Assembly: GCA_013265495.1 (NCBI GenBank)
Contig: MU058463.1
Location: 3,641,037 to 3,705,036, forward strand
Reading direction: 5' to 3'
DNA length: 64,000 bases
Source of the DNA: Vicugna vicugna
Taxonomy: Eukaryota
The position numbers and the translations under genes are program-made. Positions 27,961 to 41,001 of the stretch are shown here, in pieces; within the stretch, counting starts at the first letter, position 1, and each line of letters starts with the position of its first letter. The notes beneath the pieces were generated by a model. That model saw only the letters and a program-made list of their open reading frames with translations, was not told the origin of the DNA and did not search any database.

Positions 27961-29425
27961 AGGACCAGCTTCCCTTTAAAGGCCCATAAATCATGTCCAT
28001 TCTTTATCCTGTAAAGTGCCACTGGCCACTTTAAATGGGATTGACGTGTTCAGATAAGAACTAGGGGGTGTGGGGTGGGACACAGCTAATTTCACACAAT
28101 AATCAACAGAAAAAGTTGCTTGACTGATGGTTTTATCAGAGAATTGACTTCTGCTCTGATGACTAAAAAAAATTTCCAGGATCACATGAGGAACAGGATT
28201 GAAATTCTTCATATTAAGAGCAACACTTCAATGAAGAATGTTTTCCTTCCTTAGGTTAACAATAAAAATATGAGCCCAGGGAAAGCTCTGATGTTAATGC
28301 CATCCTTATTAAGAGCATACTTTTAGTTAAAGAGCTTTTCAAAACACTACGAAAAATCTAGCTCTGGTTTTTTGGCTATCTAGACGGTATTTGGTGCTTG
28401 TATGGGCACACCAGAGAGATGACTTAAAGGGAAGACACTCAGAAGAGCATTGGTAATATAAGGTTTTAAAAAAGTGACCAAGGGGTATAAATTTGATGGC
28501 CATGTTTCCCTTAGTTTATTTTTTCAGGGATTGTTTTTTGAGTACTGAGATGCCAAGCACTGCATTACAAGTTGGGGCTATGCATAAAAATGAGCTATGT
28601 CCTTATCTGCAGTGAGCCGTATTTCCAGCCCCACTATAAAGAAACACCATCAATAGAACACTGGACATTGGCATTACAGCTGGTTTCCAGTGATTGGGTT
28701 GAAATGCTAATTATTTACTTCATTCCCTCGCTGGAAGTCTGCAGACCACACTCTCATGAGCATCAAATATTTGCCTCACTGAACATTAAATGGAAAAAGA
28801 GAATAACCAAGAGTAAAAGCCTGGGGTCAGTTTACCAGCCCTAAATTGATGTTTATTGTAACCCCCTCCTGGGAACTGCGCGTGGGCCCACGTGGGTCAC
28901 AGCAGTATATCCACCAAGCTGTTTGCAAGGTGCGCTGGCTTCAGAAAACCACAAGGAGCGAGGGCTGAGGCCACGGTCTAGGGACGCAGTGAAGCCTAGA
29001 TGCTAATAATGTGGCAGTACTGGGGACTCCTGGGATCACTGACAGCGGAGACACGGGTCTGGGAGACAGCTGAAAGGCCCAGAAAGCTCTATTGGAATCA
29101 AGTGCATCAAAATTAAAGAACAACAGCCAGGAAACCAAGGAACAAACTCCTGGATGCAGAGGTTGCTGGACTTCGCTCCACTCATACACGCACCAATAGA
29201 ACCATCACTGTCAAGAGTGTCATTTCCAAGTTCAGTGGAGAAGAATATAAACATATATTTCAATGCTATATATATACTAAAATATATATTATATATGATA
29301 TATAGTATATATACACATATCTGATACAGTATTTATAGAAATACATACACACATATAATATATAAGGATAGATACACTTTTTAAAAAGTGGATACTTTGA
29401 TGTACGGAAATAAAGACATACTCAC

Positions 29426-29500
29426 CTATCTGAAGTTGAATAAACAGTTTGTATGTATTTTCCAGAGATATTCTCCTGATAGCCATCCTTTGGTGATTTA
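29426..29500 (-). CDS. SCEL: Sciellin exon KSPKDGYQENISGKYIQTVYSTSD
   Basis: ttctag| ... |gtgagt, 75 bp, phase 2-2. Confidence 0.95.
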
Positions 29501-31173
29501 CTAGAAACAGACATGTTGGACATGTGAGAATTGGGCTATTTCCCTGGTCCTGAAGTATATACCCCCATGCAAGAGAGGAAGCACACATGCCCCCACTCAC
29601 GCAGCCTCATTCTAACTATTCTTTGTGAATTCTTTGTGATGTCACAAGCCAGGACAATGTACTGACACTTCTCTTTTTAATCTGGAGACTACTGATATGC
29701 AAGCCACCTCCAGGTTAATATAAATTGACATATCTACCAAAGTTAATACAGAATGGGGCAAGGAGCAGGCAAGAACAAGTGTAAGCAGGAAAAGCAGTTA
29801 GTATTTTTCGTGAACTTTATACCAGCACCGCCCTTATTTTTACTAAAAGAAAGCTCTCTGTAGTCTAACATAGATAAAAAAAAAATACACAAAGCACGAG
29901 CCAGTGCAAGCAAACAGACAGACACCACTCATGTAGAGAAATACTCTTGAACTTTTAGAGAAAGCTATAGCAGTTTTTAGTTTTACTTAGAAAACATCTA
30001 AGAATAGTTTAGAATGAAAGCAAAAATATTGTCACTTTTAAAAATCCAGTTTGTTCCCTTAGACTGCTCTAGTTTGTAAACGTCACTCTCTCCTGGAGAC
30101 AAGTGAAGTCTGGTCTGCGATGCACTGACCAGCTGGTGAACCCACAACTGCTTCCCTAGTACTTGTGCTACCTGTGAGCATATTAGGACTGGAAGCAGTG
30201 TGTCCCTGTTATTTCATACAGTGAGTGATAACTCCACAGCCCTCACTTGGGATTTCCTGATGAGAAATCTTTCCCTCTAAACTGCCGGTAGGCAGACTGC
30301 TGTCAGAAATAGAATCCCATTTTATGGAACACATAGCTCACAGTGCTAAATAAGAATCTGCACATATTCATGCATGATGCATATACCATTACTCTCATTT
30401 TATTGGTCAGAAAACTGTGGTTAAGTAACTTTGCCGAGACTACATGGTCAGTAAATGACAAGCTAAGAGTCAGTCCCATATTTGATCCTCTATACCATAC
30501 TGAGCTGTCAGTGTCAATTTTAGGGAGAATTGGATTAAGTAGAAAAATCAAACTCGAGGTTGTATTTTACAAGGTAACCTATTTGTCGGTTTGAGAAATC
30601 CTGATAAGCCCTAAATTTCTGGGAGCCCCCTCCCCAGATACCCTGTTTTCTGGGCTCTTTGAAGTGGGTTATGGTTAACAAATGTGTACGTATACCCACA
30701 TAGGCACGCCCCACCATTAAGGCCCCCACAATTAGGCTAATTCTTGTTTTTCTGCTCCTTAAAAATTGAATGGCTTGTGAATCCCTGACTTTGGTTGACA
30801 TTTTCCTCAACTCCCATCACATCAAGCAGCAGTTTTGTGGGCCAGAGCATATTTACTAAAAGTTATATCCTTTATTTCAGTTTAGAGGTAAGCAACAGTT
30901 GACAGAACCATTTAATTAAAGCGTGACTCCAAATTAGTATGGGAATAGTTGTGTGATTTTATAAAGTTTATTTATGGTCATGTATGCTTATGTGGCAACT
31001 TTCAAATAACTGCCCTATTATGTATACATGTGTTATATTAAAATATTATTTGGTCCATCAATGACTTTGCATAAGTATTTGACAACTACTTAATACTGGA
31101 AAGATTATAGTTATATACCTAGAACTCAATATACTCTTATTTTAAAAATAATCAATCAATTAATTAATTAATT

Positions 31174-32427
31174 AATTGAAGTATAATCAGCTTGCAATGT
31201 CATGCCAATTTCTGGTGTATAGCATAATGTTTCAATCATACATGTATATATATATTCTTTTTCATATTCCTTTTCATTATAGGTTACTACAATGTATTGA
31301 ACATAGTTCCCTGTGCTATACAGTATAAACTTGTTGTTTATCTATTTTATGTATAATAGTATCTGCAAATCTCAAACTCCCAGTTTCTCTCTCCCCACCC
31401 CCATTCTTCCCTGGTAACTGTAAGTTTGTTTTTCATGTCTGTGAGTCTGTTTCTGTTTTATAAGTTCATTTATGTCATTTTTTTAAGTTTCTACATATGA
31501 GTGATATCATATGGCATTTTTCTTTCTCTTTCTGGCTTATTTCACTTAGTATGACAACCTCTAGGCCCATCCATGTTGCTGAAAATGTCATTATTTTATT
31601 CATTTTTATGGCTGAGTAGTATTCTATTATATAAATATATCACAACTTCTGTATCCAGTCATCTGTCGATGGACATTTAGGTTGTTTCCATGTCTTGGCT
31701 ATTGTAAGTAGTGCTGCTATGAACATTGGGGTGCATGAGTCTTCTTGAACTAGAGCCTCCTCTGGATATATGCCCAGGAGTGGGATTGTTGGATCATGTG
31801 GTTAAGTCTATTTCTAGCTTTTTAAGGACTCTCCATATTGTTTTCCATAATGGCTGCACCAAACTGCATTCCCACCAACAGTGTAGGAGGGTTCCCCTTT
31901 CTCCACAGCCTCTTCAGCATTTGTCATTTGTGGACTTTTGAATGATGGCCATTCTGACTGTTGTAAGGTGACACCTCATTGTAGTTTTGATTTGCATTTC
32001 TCTGATAATTAGCGATATTGAGCATTTTTTCATGTACTTATTGGCCATCTATATGTCTTCACTGGAGAACTGCTTGTTTAGGTCTTCTGCCCTTTTTTGG
32101 ATTGGGTTGTGTGTCTTTTTGCTATTAAGTTGTATGAACTGTTTGTATATTCTGGAAAGTAAGCCCTTCTTAGCTTCATCTATTGCAAATATTTTCTCCC
32201 ATTCCATAGGTTGTCTTTTTGTTGTGTTTATATAGTTTCCTTTGCTGCGCAACAGCTTATAAGTTTAATTAGGTCCCATTTGTTTATTTTTGCTTTTATT
32301 TCTGTTAGCTGGTTAGGTTGTCCTCAGAGAACATTGTTAAGATTTATGTCAGAGAATGTTTTGCCTATGTTTTCTTCCAGGAGGTTTATAGTGTCTTGTC
32401 TTATGTTTAAGTCTTTAAGCCATTTTG
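31174..32427 (-). mobile_element. 5'-truncated L1 (ORF2 C-terminus + 3' UTR), same orientation as SCEL
   Basis: ORF 32049-32252 encodes [13 protein letters not shown]...[10 protein letters not shown]...[19 protein letters not shown] (L1 ORF2 C-terminus). The 3' UTR matches 24545-25120. Confidence 0.93.
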
Positions 32428-32566
32428 GAACTTAATGTGCTCTTAAATGTTCTGCTATTTGAAAAAAAGCAAGCATACCCTAAAATAATGGCAATTCTTC
32501 TTAAACATAGACTATTTCAAAATTATAAAATATATATAGCAAAACACTTCAATCAATTTCCAGTAC

Positions 32567-32638
32567 CTATTCTCCATGTATGTCCTTGTGTACACAACAG
32601 TGTCCTTTGGTCCCACATGCCTAGTTTCGGCGTTGGAG
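32567..32638 (-). CDS. SCEL: Sciellin exon SNAETRHVGPKDTVVYTRTYMEN
   Basis: ttgcag| ... AG|gtactg, 72 bp, phase 2-2. DTVVYTRTY motif. Confidence 0.93.
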
Positions 32639-33350
32639 CTGCAACACAAACCATTTTACTTTATGGTTAAAGTTTGTTTACAAGGATGGTCAAATTAAGA
32701 AGGCAATTATCCAATTCAGTGAAAAAAATAATGCTCATATATTCCTTCTAAACTGTAACTTTGAAATATAAATATTAAAGTGCTATTAGTCTACTTCTGT
32801 AAAATTTATGTCTCCCATTTTGTCTCAACTTCCACTATCATGGCCTACTTGCAGATTACTATCATGAAAATTGGTCACTCAGTAAGTCTGCTGTAGAGCA
32901 TGATGACTATTTGGAATATTTGTGTAATATGTTTTAGTGTCCATTTCCCTGATATCTCATTCATATATCCAAACCATAACTTTCCCTATGTATCTCAAGC
33001 CAAAAATGGACCTTAATTAACCAACATGGTAATATCTGATTTAATGAAACCTTTAAACGTACCTGAAGAATATCAATGTCAATGTCACAATCATTCTTTA
33101 CAAAAAGAAATTGTAGATCTCTTAGGGAAAATCACATTTTACACTTTCCTATCCAAAAGTCACAACTTCTCAATGACCAAGTTGCTTACACAACACTTTT
33201 GTATAAGCCTGTTTAGTCACTGATACATTTTAAAAGTTCTGCATTTCAAAGGAAGGATCAGGTTGTATGCGAATGTTTAAAAAAAAAAAAGGAAGAAAAA
33301 ATCCAGAAGGCGAATAGTTGTGTCATTTGTTTTATAATTGACCACAGTAC

Positions 33351-33443
33351 CTGCGAGTCTTCTTGGCTTCATAAGAATAGGCAATGGCTTTAGTGGACGG
33401 ATTGTTTAAAGCATCAGTAGATCCATTGACTTGGCCATCTTGC
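33351..33443 (-). CDS. SCEL: Sciellin linker exon QDGQVNGSTDALNNPSTKAIAYSYEAKKTR
   Basis: tctcag| ... CAG|gtactg, 93 bp, open, phase 2-2, in frame with both neighbours. Confidence 0.8.
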
Positions 33444-34518
33444 CTGAGAAAGCAAATGCAAATATTCAGCACTTAAAATCAAGGCCATTTAGGAGTTTAT
33501 TGGTTTTATTGAAATGCTGTTCAATTGGCATTTTTTACATAGAGTGAACCTCTTTATGTTGTCCCAGTTTCTGCACAGATACACAAACAGAATACATGTA
33601 CTGTTTTACTCCTCCTCAGAGACCACTGTCTCACCTTTAAGAATAATCTACCGGCATTGTCACATTATCTAACACTAGGATAGAAGGCCTTTTACCAAGC
33701 GCAGGAACCATCTGAAATTGGTCCCAGTGACATTTCCACAGCAGCAGTGCCTTTTCAGAAAGCTTTTCATGTACAATATATCTGAGAGTTTATCAATTTA
33801 ATGAAAATCATCCAGGGGCTGCTTTGAGAAATTCCAGTTTCCATTTTGTTTTTAACGGAAAGCAGTACTTTGAAGATTGCAAAAGACCTTTGACCTAGAT
33901 TTCTGCTAATCTAAAAATGTCACTTATGCTTAACAAAGTGTAGGCATATTTGCTTTTTCCAGTGAAACAGGAATATTTTAATGCAGGAATAGTGAAAGCT
34001 TTAGCTCTCTCTCCTCCCCCATGTTAGTATACTCTGACATAGGAGAGACATAAAAAGCAAGAGAATTTAGATCTTAAACATAATTTATCATTCTTGACTG
34101 GCCTTTTCCTTCCATTTCCAGACAGCTCTTAAAGAAGAGGAAAACATTTGTTCACATACTATCATCTCTGGCATACAGAAAACCATTTTCTAGTTTGGAG
34201 ACAGATGTTTCACAAAACATACAACTGAGTTAAAATGATACTAAGTAATGAAAAAGTGGAATTAATATTATTGGAAGATTCTCTAATGTGATCATTAGAA
34301 TATGTCATTCCAGAACAACGAAGCTAGCAAGGAATTATTTGGAAATATTCAAATCATATAATATACAATACAAAACCCAATTTTAGCAAATAGTTTCAAA
34401 GGACAGTGGTTGCCAGTGAGTGTGAAATGTGCTTGCATTGTCCTCAGAAAGGTAAAATCAAATATCACCAGTTTGCAAAATGTGCAGATAGGAAAAGGAA
34501 ACCATTTGCTAACAGTCC

Positions 34519-34908
34519 TGATAAAGATTTAATTGTGTTCCAACACAATTCTTATGTTGAAACCCTAATTCCCAGTGTGATTTGGAGATAGAGCCTATAA
34601 AATGGTAATAAAAGATAGGCAAGATCTTAAAGGTAGGGCTTTAATCCCATAGGACTAGTGACCTTATAAGAAGAGGAGGAGATACCAGAGACCCCTCTTT
34701 ATCTCTGTGCACAGCAGAAGAAAGGCCATGTGAGGACACAGCAGGAGACAGTCATCTGCAAGCCAAGAAGTGAGTTCTCAACCAGAAACCAACCTCCAAG
34801 GTAACTTGATCATGGGCTTTAGCCTCCAGAAGTGTGAAAAAATAAATTTCTGTCATTTAAGCTACCCGGTCTGTGGTATTTTGTTATGGCAGCCTGAATG
34901 GACTAACA
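34519..34908 (+). mobile_element. MLT1A-like solo LTR
   Basis: tatgttgaaaccctaattccc...ggccatgtgaggacacagc...agcctccagaagtgtga..aataaatttctg...gtattttgttatggcagcc...gactaaca. Confidence 0.85.
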
Positions 34909-36139
34909 TAAGTAGCACTTGTGGAATGGAATAACACAACTAACACAGTAACACAAGTAGTTGTGTTTACAATGAGATTAACGACCATGCTTCTAAGAAA
35001 GACATAATTTTTATAACTGTAAATGAAAGTCAAATGTGAGTAAATAAATTTAGAATATGGAACAACAAATTCTTCATTGGATTTTTATTTATTGCTCCTC
35101 ATGTAGGTATGGAAGATGACTTAAAAAAAAAAAGAAACCTTTTATTTTGGAATAACTTTAAAGGTATAGAATAGTTGCCATGACAGTACAGAGAATCCCA
35201 GTAGACCCTTCACCCAGCTTCTCCTAACGCTAGTATCTCATACAACTATGGTACATTTGTCAAAACTAAGGAATCAACATTGGTACAATGCCATTAACAA
35301 AACTACAAATTTATTCATATTTCATCAGTTTTTCCATCAATGTCCTCTCTTAATTTCAGATCCAAATCAGGATATTACTTCCACATAATCACCATGTCTC
35401 TTTACTGCCGTAAGGTCTGTAATGGTTGCTAAGTCTTTCTTTGTTTTTCATGAGATGGTGATAAGTTTTACAAAGGAAATCCTATCTTAATGCCAATAAG
35501 TGGTAACACAATTTTTAAAAATTATTTAGAACCATAAAAATCATTAGAGAAACAATACTTTGGCAACCAATGAAATAATCTGCAGTGCTTTTTAAAACAT
35601 GACTGGGTCCCACAGGCAGATATTCTGACTTAATTGGTTTGGCGTATGGCTTGAGCATTTGGATTCTTTTAAACCTCTCCAGTGAGTCTCATGTGTATGT
35701 CAAGGTTGAGAGCCACCGCCTTAAAGGCAGCCCAACATCTTACCCAAAAGAGCGCTGGTTTTCGAAGTGTGGTCCCTGGATCAGCAGGTGATTCTGATAT
35801 AAAAACAATTTGGGAAGCAGTACAATAGAGGACTCTCCCAAAGTACTCCTCTCAGATGCCTTGAATAATATACATAAAAGAGAACTCATGACTTAACAGT
35901 GTTTGCTGTTTGACAGCTTTCTTGTTAAGAAGTTCTCTTTCATTGAAACAAATTGCTGAACTGTAACTTCCATTCAATGGTTACAGTTTTGTTTCTTAAT
36001 TAAATAATTCCATAAACTATAAATCCAAGTATTGTGTAGGAACTTACAAAATTCCAAATGGAATTACATTTGAGAAAATGTTTTCTGCAGTGGAAGTTCA
36101 CCTGGAAAATTTAACTATCTCGCACCTTCATCTACGGCT

Positions 36140-36692
36140 GGTAAGAACATCAAATGGTACAGCTGATTTGAACAACAGTCTGGCAGTTCCTCAAATGGAG
36201 TTACTACAGGAACCACCAACTCCACTTCCTAGGTATAAGATAAATGAAAACACTTCGACCCAAAAACTTACATATGAACGTTTATAGCAGCATTGTTAAT
36301 AATGGTGAATTATAGTCCAATGATGGAAACAACCCAAATGCCTACCAATTGATGAACAAATAAAATTCGATTTATTCATTCAATGGAATATTTGACAATA
36401 AAATGAAATAAAATATTGATACATGCTACAACATGGGTGAATCCGGAACACATTATGCTAAGTGAAAAGAGCCAGTCACAAAGGACAACCTATTCCATGG
36501 TTCTGTTTATATGAAATGTCCGGAATAGGAAATTCAAAGAGACAGAAAGTAGATTAGTAGTCACCAAGGTCCCAAGGGTTGGAGGAAAATGATGTGTGAC
36601 TGCTAGTGGATATGGGGTTTCTTTTTGAGGTGATGAAAAGGTTCTGAAATTGATTGTGGTGATGGTTGTACAACTCTGTGAATATACTAATT
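36140..36692 (+). mobile_element. L1MB-like 3' fragment
   Basis: tttatagcagcatt...ggaaacaacccaaatg...catgctacaacatgg...cattatgctaagtgaaaagagccagtcacaaagg...gtggtgatggttgtacaactctgtgaatatactaa. Confidence 0.85.
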
Positions 36693-38208
36693 AGAAAACA
36701 TATATTTATGTGGACCTCCAATTACTATACAAAGTGAATACATTCAAAGAGTGAACCAAGTCAACCGTGGTGCTTTCCATCCACACACCCTCTTCTGTGC
36801 AGATGGCCACAACCACACTGCCTTACCAAAGGAGATCAGACAGACCACGGCAAGCTAGAGGAAGGTGGAGTTATGAGGAAGGAGAAACTGGGAGACAGCT
36901 AAAGTTCTTGGTTATCAAACAGCTACAGCATAGAGAATAAGGAAGCCAATAAGCAGAGGGAAGAGCAGGAGAAAAATCAGCAGAAGCCAACAACACCCAG
37001 GAAGTAGCTGAACTACAATAATGACAAAGAACGAAGGTTATAATGTCCAGGAATTCCTGATGGAGTGTCCCCTGGTCAAGAACGGACAGTGTTTCAGGCC
37101 TTATGGAGCCTGGCCATGCTACCATTCCTGCTTTTGAATTTCCATTTCCCCATTAATCCTTCCAACAAAACCCAGTTTCATGAACAAGCCCAACTGAAGT
37201 TGGAACACCTCTCACATCACATCCTCTGGGAACTTCCTTGAATATACTTAATCATTTACTTGTCTTTTTTTTAACCTGGATCACTTCCAAATAATATTTG
37301 AATGAGAGTGGTTAATTGTAAGCCTGGTACTATTTCCAAAACAGTAGATGTTTTCCAATAGATCCTATTGAAAACGTTTCCTCCCTCATTCTATCAAAGG
37401 CTTGCCTGGGATCAATAACATGAAAGCAGATGATCTGGGGAAGAGCCAAACATACGCAAGATCCCCTTAGAGGCATGAACAATCAACCAAACAGTGAACC
37501 AGCTCTTTTCCTGCTTTTCCACTCTCTGCACCCAATATCAACAATATCATTTCTTTACATACTTTTTTTTTTTAACAGAAAAGGCAGCCGTACCTTAAGA
37601 AGGTTAAAAATAGAAGCCATTGTTTTTAGGAAGGTGGGGGGAGAACAGCTAAACATGGAAGGCTTTTAAAATTCTTTCCTAATTTAAACAATCTGTAACA
37701 ACAATGAAGTATAGCTTCTATCCTAACCTTCCTTGTAGAAGAAACAAAGTACAACAGTTTTAAAGCCAGTATACTTTGTGGTGTCAAGAAATTCCAAAAT
37801 TAGGTCCTGTTTTGTGGCTGCGATGAGTCTGTGCATTCTTTTAGCACTAGGTATCCAAGGAAGATTCCCAGAGTGCTTTCTGCACACTGAAAACCTACCA
37901 AGCAACAGTGAGCAAAAATAAATCTTCACAGTCCAAGTGCAGAGCACTGAATTTCCATGATGCCTTTTACACTAAACCACTGAACAGCAGGCCCTTAGTC
38001 AGAAATTCTAACAGCATTTAAATTTTGTTAACTTTTCCCCAAATCAGCTATTAAGCACCCTGTACATTGGTTTTTTTTGTATTCAGAAAATATTTATACT
38101 TAAATATCATAGTATAGTTCAACTTCTCAGAAAATCTTCCAAGGTTATATAATTTATGCAAGTTCATATGGAATTCATAAGAAAAACATAAATTATAATA
38201 AGCCTTAC

Positions 38209-38271
38209 TTTCCATTCTTATTCTTAGACATGTTTGAATTTACTTCAGTTAAATTTTCCAGGTTCTGGTCT
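38209..38271 (-). CDS. SCEL: Sciellin repeat exon DQNLENLTEVNSNMSKNKNG
   Basis: ctgtag| ... |gtaagg, 63 bp, phase 2-2. Confidence 0.9.
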
Positions 38272-40600
38272 CTACAGGGAAAAAAAATATTTAGTTACAT
38301 ATAATTTTAGGAAATAAACATTAGAATAACATTTTAAAAGATCAGTACATAATCTTAGATGCAGTCATTAGTGATCTTTTAGAATAAGGGACATACAAAA
38401 TCTGATATTGAATTTTTTGATCTATACAACTCAAGTATGAGGGTGGATTACCCTCGTGAGAGAGAAATAAAGAACTAATTTTTCGGAAGGTTTGTGAAAT
38501 CTGGTCTGAAAAGAAACAACTGAATGATATTCACATTCAGCTAACTTTGAATGAATACTAACTTTGTGTCACGAAGTACTAACTTGTGTATTTCTACATG
38601 GATTATCTCATTCAGAGCTCACAAAATCTTGCAGGACAGCATATGGGGCTCAGGCTAAGGGAATTTTCCAAGGTCACTTAGTGAATTTGTAAAAGAGTCA
38701 AGATTTGAGGCTGAGCGACCTGCCCATCTGAAACCAAATCTTAAATGTTTAATTAGAGACTTCATTCCAGCTTCTTGCATGATAGAAACATGAGAAGTCA
38801 ACTCAAAATGTGAACAAACAATTCATCATGTGGAGGATAAATGGGACAATTTGATTCTTAAATCTTGTGCCATGATAATGGTTTGACACATCTTCATGAG
38901 ATACAATGTCCTCTGGTATGTTATTTATTTATTATTTATATATTTGCTATAATACTGGTAGCTCTTTTTTCTTCCCCGTGAGTTTGGAAGAGTCTTTGTC
39001 ACAAACTCTATTGGTGCGGAGGATGGTTTAAGAGTCAGAGTGAGGCCATGACTTCTCCTATTTCCTTGGGCGAGTTAGTCGACATTTCTCAGTTTCCTTT
39101 TGCAAACTAGGATAATAATACCTAATCCTATAAGGTTGCGGTGAGAATACATGACTTCATGTAAATAAAATTTGTGGGCACGATCACCACAGTGGTGAGT
39201 GAACTGAATAAAAATAAGTAAGTGATAGTTAACAGAAGTGTAATGACACAGCAGTAGGCAATATGGATTCCAAAATTTTGAGGGACTACATTTTCATTTT
39301 TATTTCTACCCTAACTTTTCACATCTTCAGAATCAACTCTGGTTTTCATAAATCTCCCTTCTCTGATCCTGAATAGATTTCAAGTAAGGCTGTTTTACAT
39401 GGAATCAGTGTATGGACTCTCACAAAATTAATATTGATAAGGATGAAAATTAATATTAAAAGTCCTCATATTTATGTGGAATGAGATTTAATACTCTTTT
39501 TATATAATATCCAAACCATCAATAATTGATAAATATGCTAATTAGACAGCATTCCACAGCTACACTTAAACCTCACATTTAACATACTAGCTGCACATCT
39601 TTGAAAAATGTAGAAATTAGTTAAATTATTTTTTAATGTGAATGATAGTAGAAAATATGCCAATTAATATATGTAAAAAGTACAGGATTTCAGAAGCAGC
39701 TCAGGAGTATCAAAATCGTTTGATTCTGCAGTCAGAATGATATAAAATTCAAAACTAACTTCCTCAACATAACTGCTAGGACTGGGTGAGGAAACCTCCC
39801 AGGTGGCATCCTTCAAGCTGAGAAACAGAAACAGGAGGCTTTGTATTTGCCTGACCCCTGACGGTCCTTCCCTAATTACTTCTTAGCCTCAGGGGTCACC
39901 ATACTATTTTAACAGCCTCAGCATGAAATGATTCTCCCCTTAACATTTTAAAATAATACTTTACCAAATACTTGGGGATAACAGAATAAAATTAAGTGGA
40001 GTATCATGGTCTTCTGTTATCCAGTGTTCTAGGAATGTCAGACTGGGATGGTTGACCATGGGAAATGGTGAGAGATCACTAGGAAACGTGAATCTTGGGG
40101 AATTAGAGTTCTGTCCCAGAAAGTGATTCTCCCTCCAAAGGTAACCTTGGATGAACTGAGTGACATTTTTTAAAGAAGCTGGTGTTTTTCTTTATGACTT
40201 GAGAGTACAATCACATTACTAGTGGCCTAACATGGCCTTGCCCTGCAGTAGCTGCTCCAAAAATGCTTGTGGCATTAGGTCCATTCAAATTCTCTTTTTC
40301 TCCTTCTCTGGTGGAAATCTATTGCTACCTTACCTGGCCCTGGGAAAAGACATGAAAGGGACCCAAGGGAAAGATACTAATCTCCAAAACCTTTAAGGCA
40401 GTCAACTCCGCCCACATCGAGCTACACAGTGTGCACCATGACCAGGCAGAAAAGCTCAGTAGAGACAGTGATGGACACTTTACCTCCATTTGTGTCCATC
40501 ACCCAGAACCTGCCTTACATCGCCTCTGAATTGCACACATTTCTTTCCTTTTTAACACAGCTCCCGCCCCTGGCTTTGTTTCCTTATTTTGGAACATTTC

Positions 40601-41001
40601 CTTATGGGTCGAATTTTGGCACCCCACCAAATTTATATGCTGAAGTCCTAATGCCAGTATGTCCAAATGGGACTTTATTTGGAGATAGGGTCTTTACGGA
40701 GATAATCAAGTTCAAATGAGATCATTAGGGTGGGCCCTAATCCAATATGATTGGCATCTCTATCAGAAGAAGAAATTTAGACTCACAGATGGAAGACAAA
40801 ATGAAGACACAGGGTAAAGACAGCCCTCTATAAGCCAAGGAGAGAGGTCTGGAATAGCCCCTTCCCTCTGGGCCTTCAGGAGGAACCAACTCTACCGACA
40901 TTTTGATCTTGGACTTTGAGCCTCCAAAATAGTGAGAAATAAATTTCTGTTTTAAGCCTCCCAGGCTGCAGTACTTGTGATGGCAGACCTACAAACTAGT
41001 A
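40601..41001 (+). mobile_element. MLT1B-like solo LTR
   Basis: tttatatgctgaagtcctaa...tttggagatagggtcttta...agggtgggccctaatccaatatga...aagccaaggagagagg...gaaataaatttctgtttt. Confidence 0.85.

Noticed and set aside
31726..32435. Cluster of ORFs as a host gene
   Set aside because: L1 ORF2 remnant and its antisense frames.
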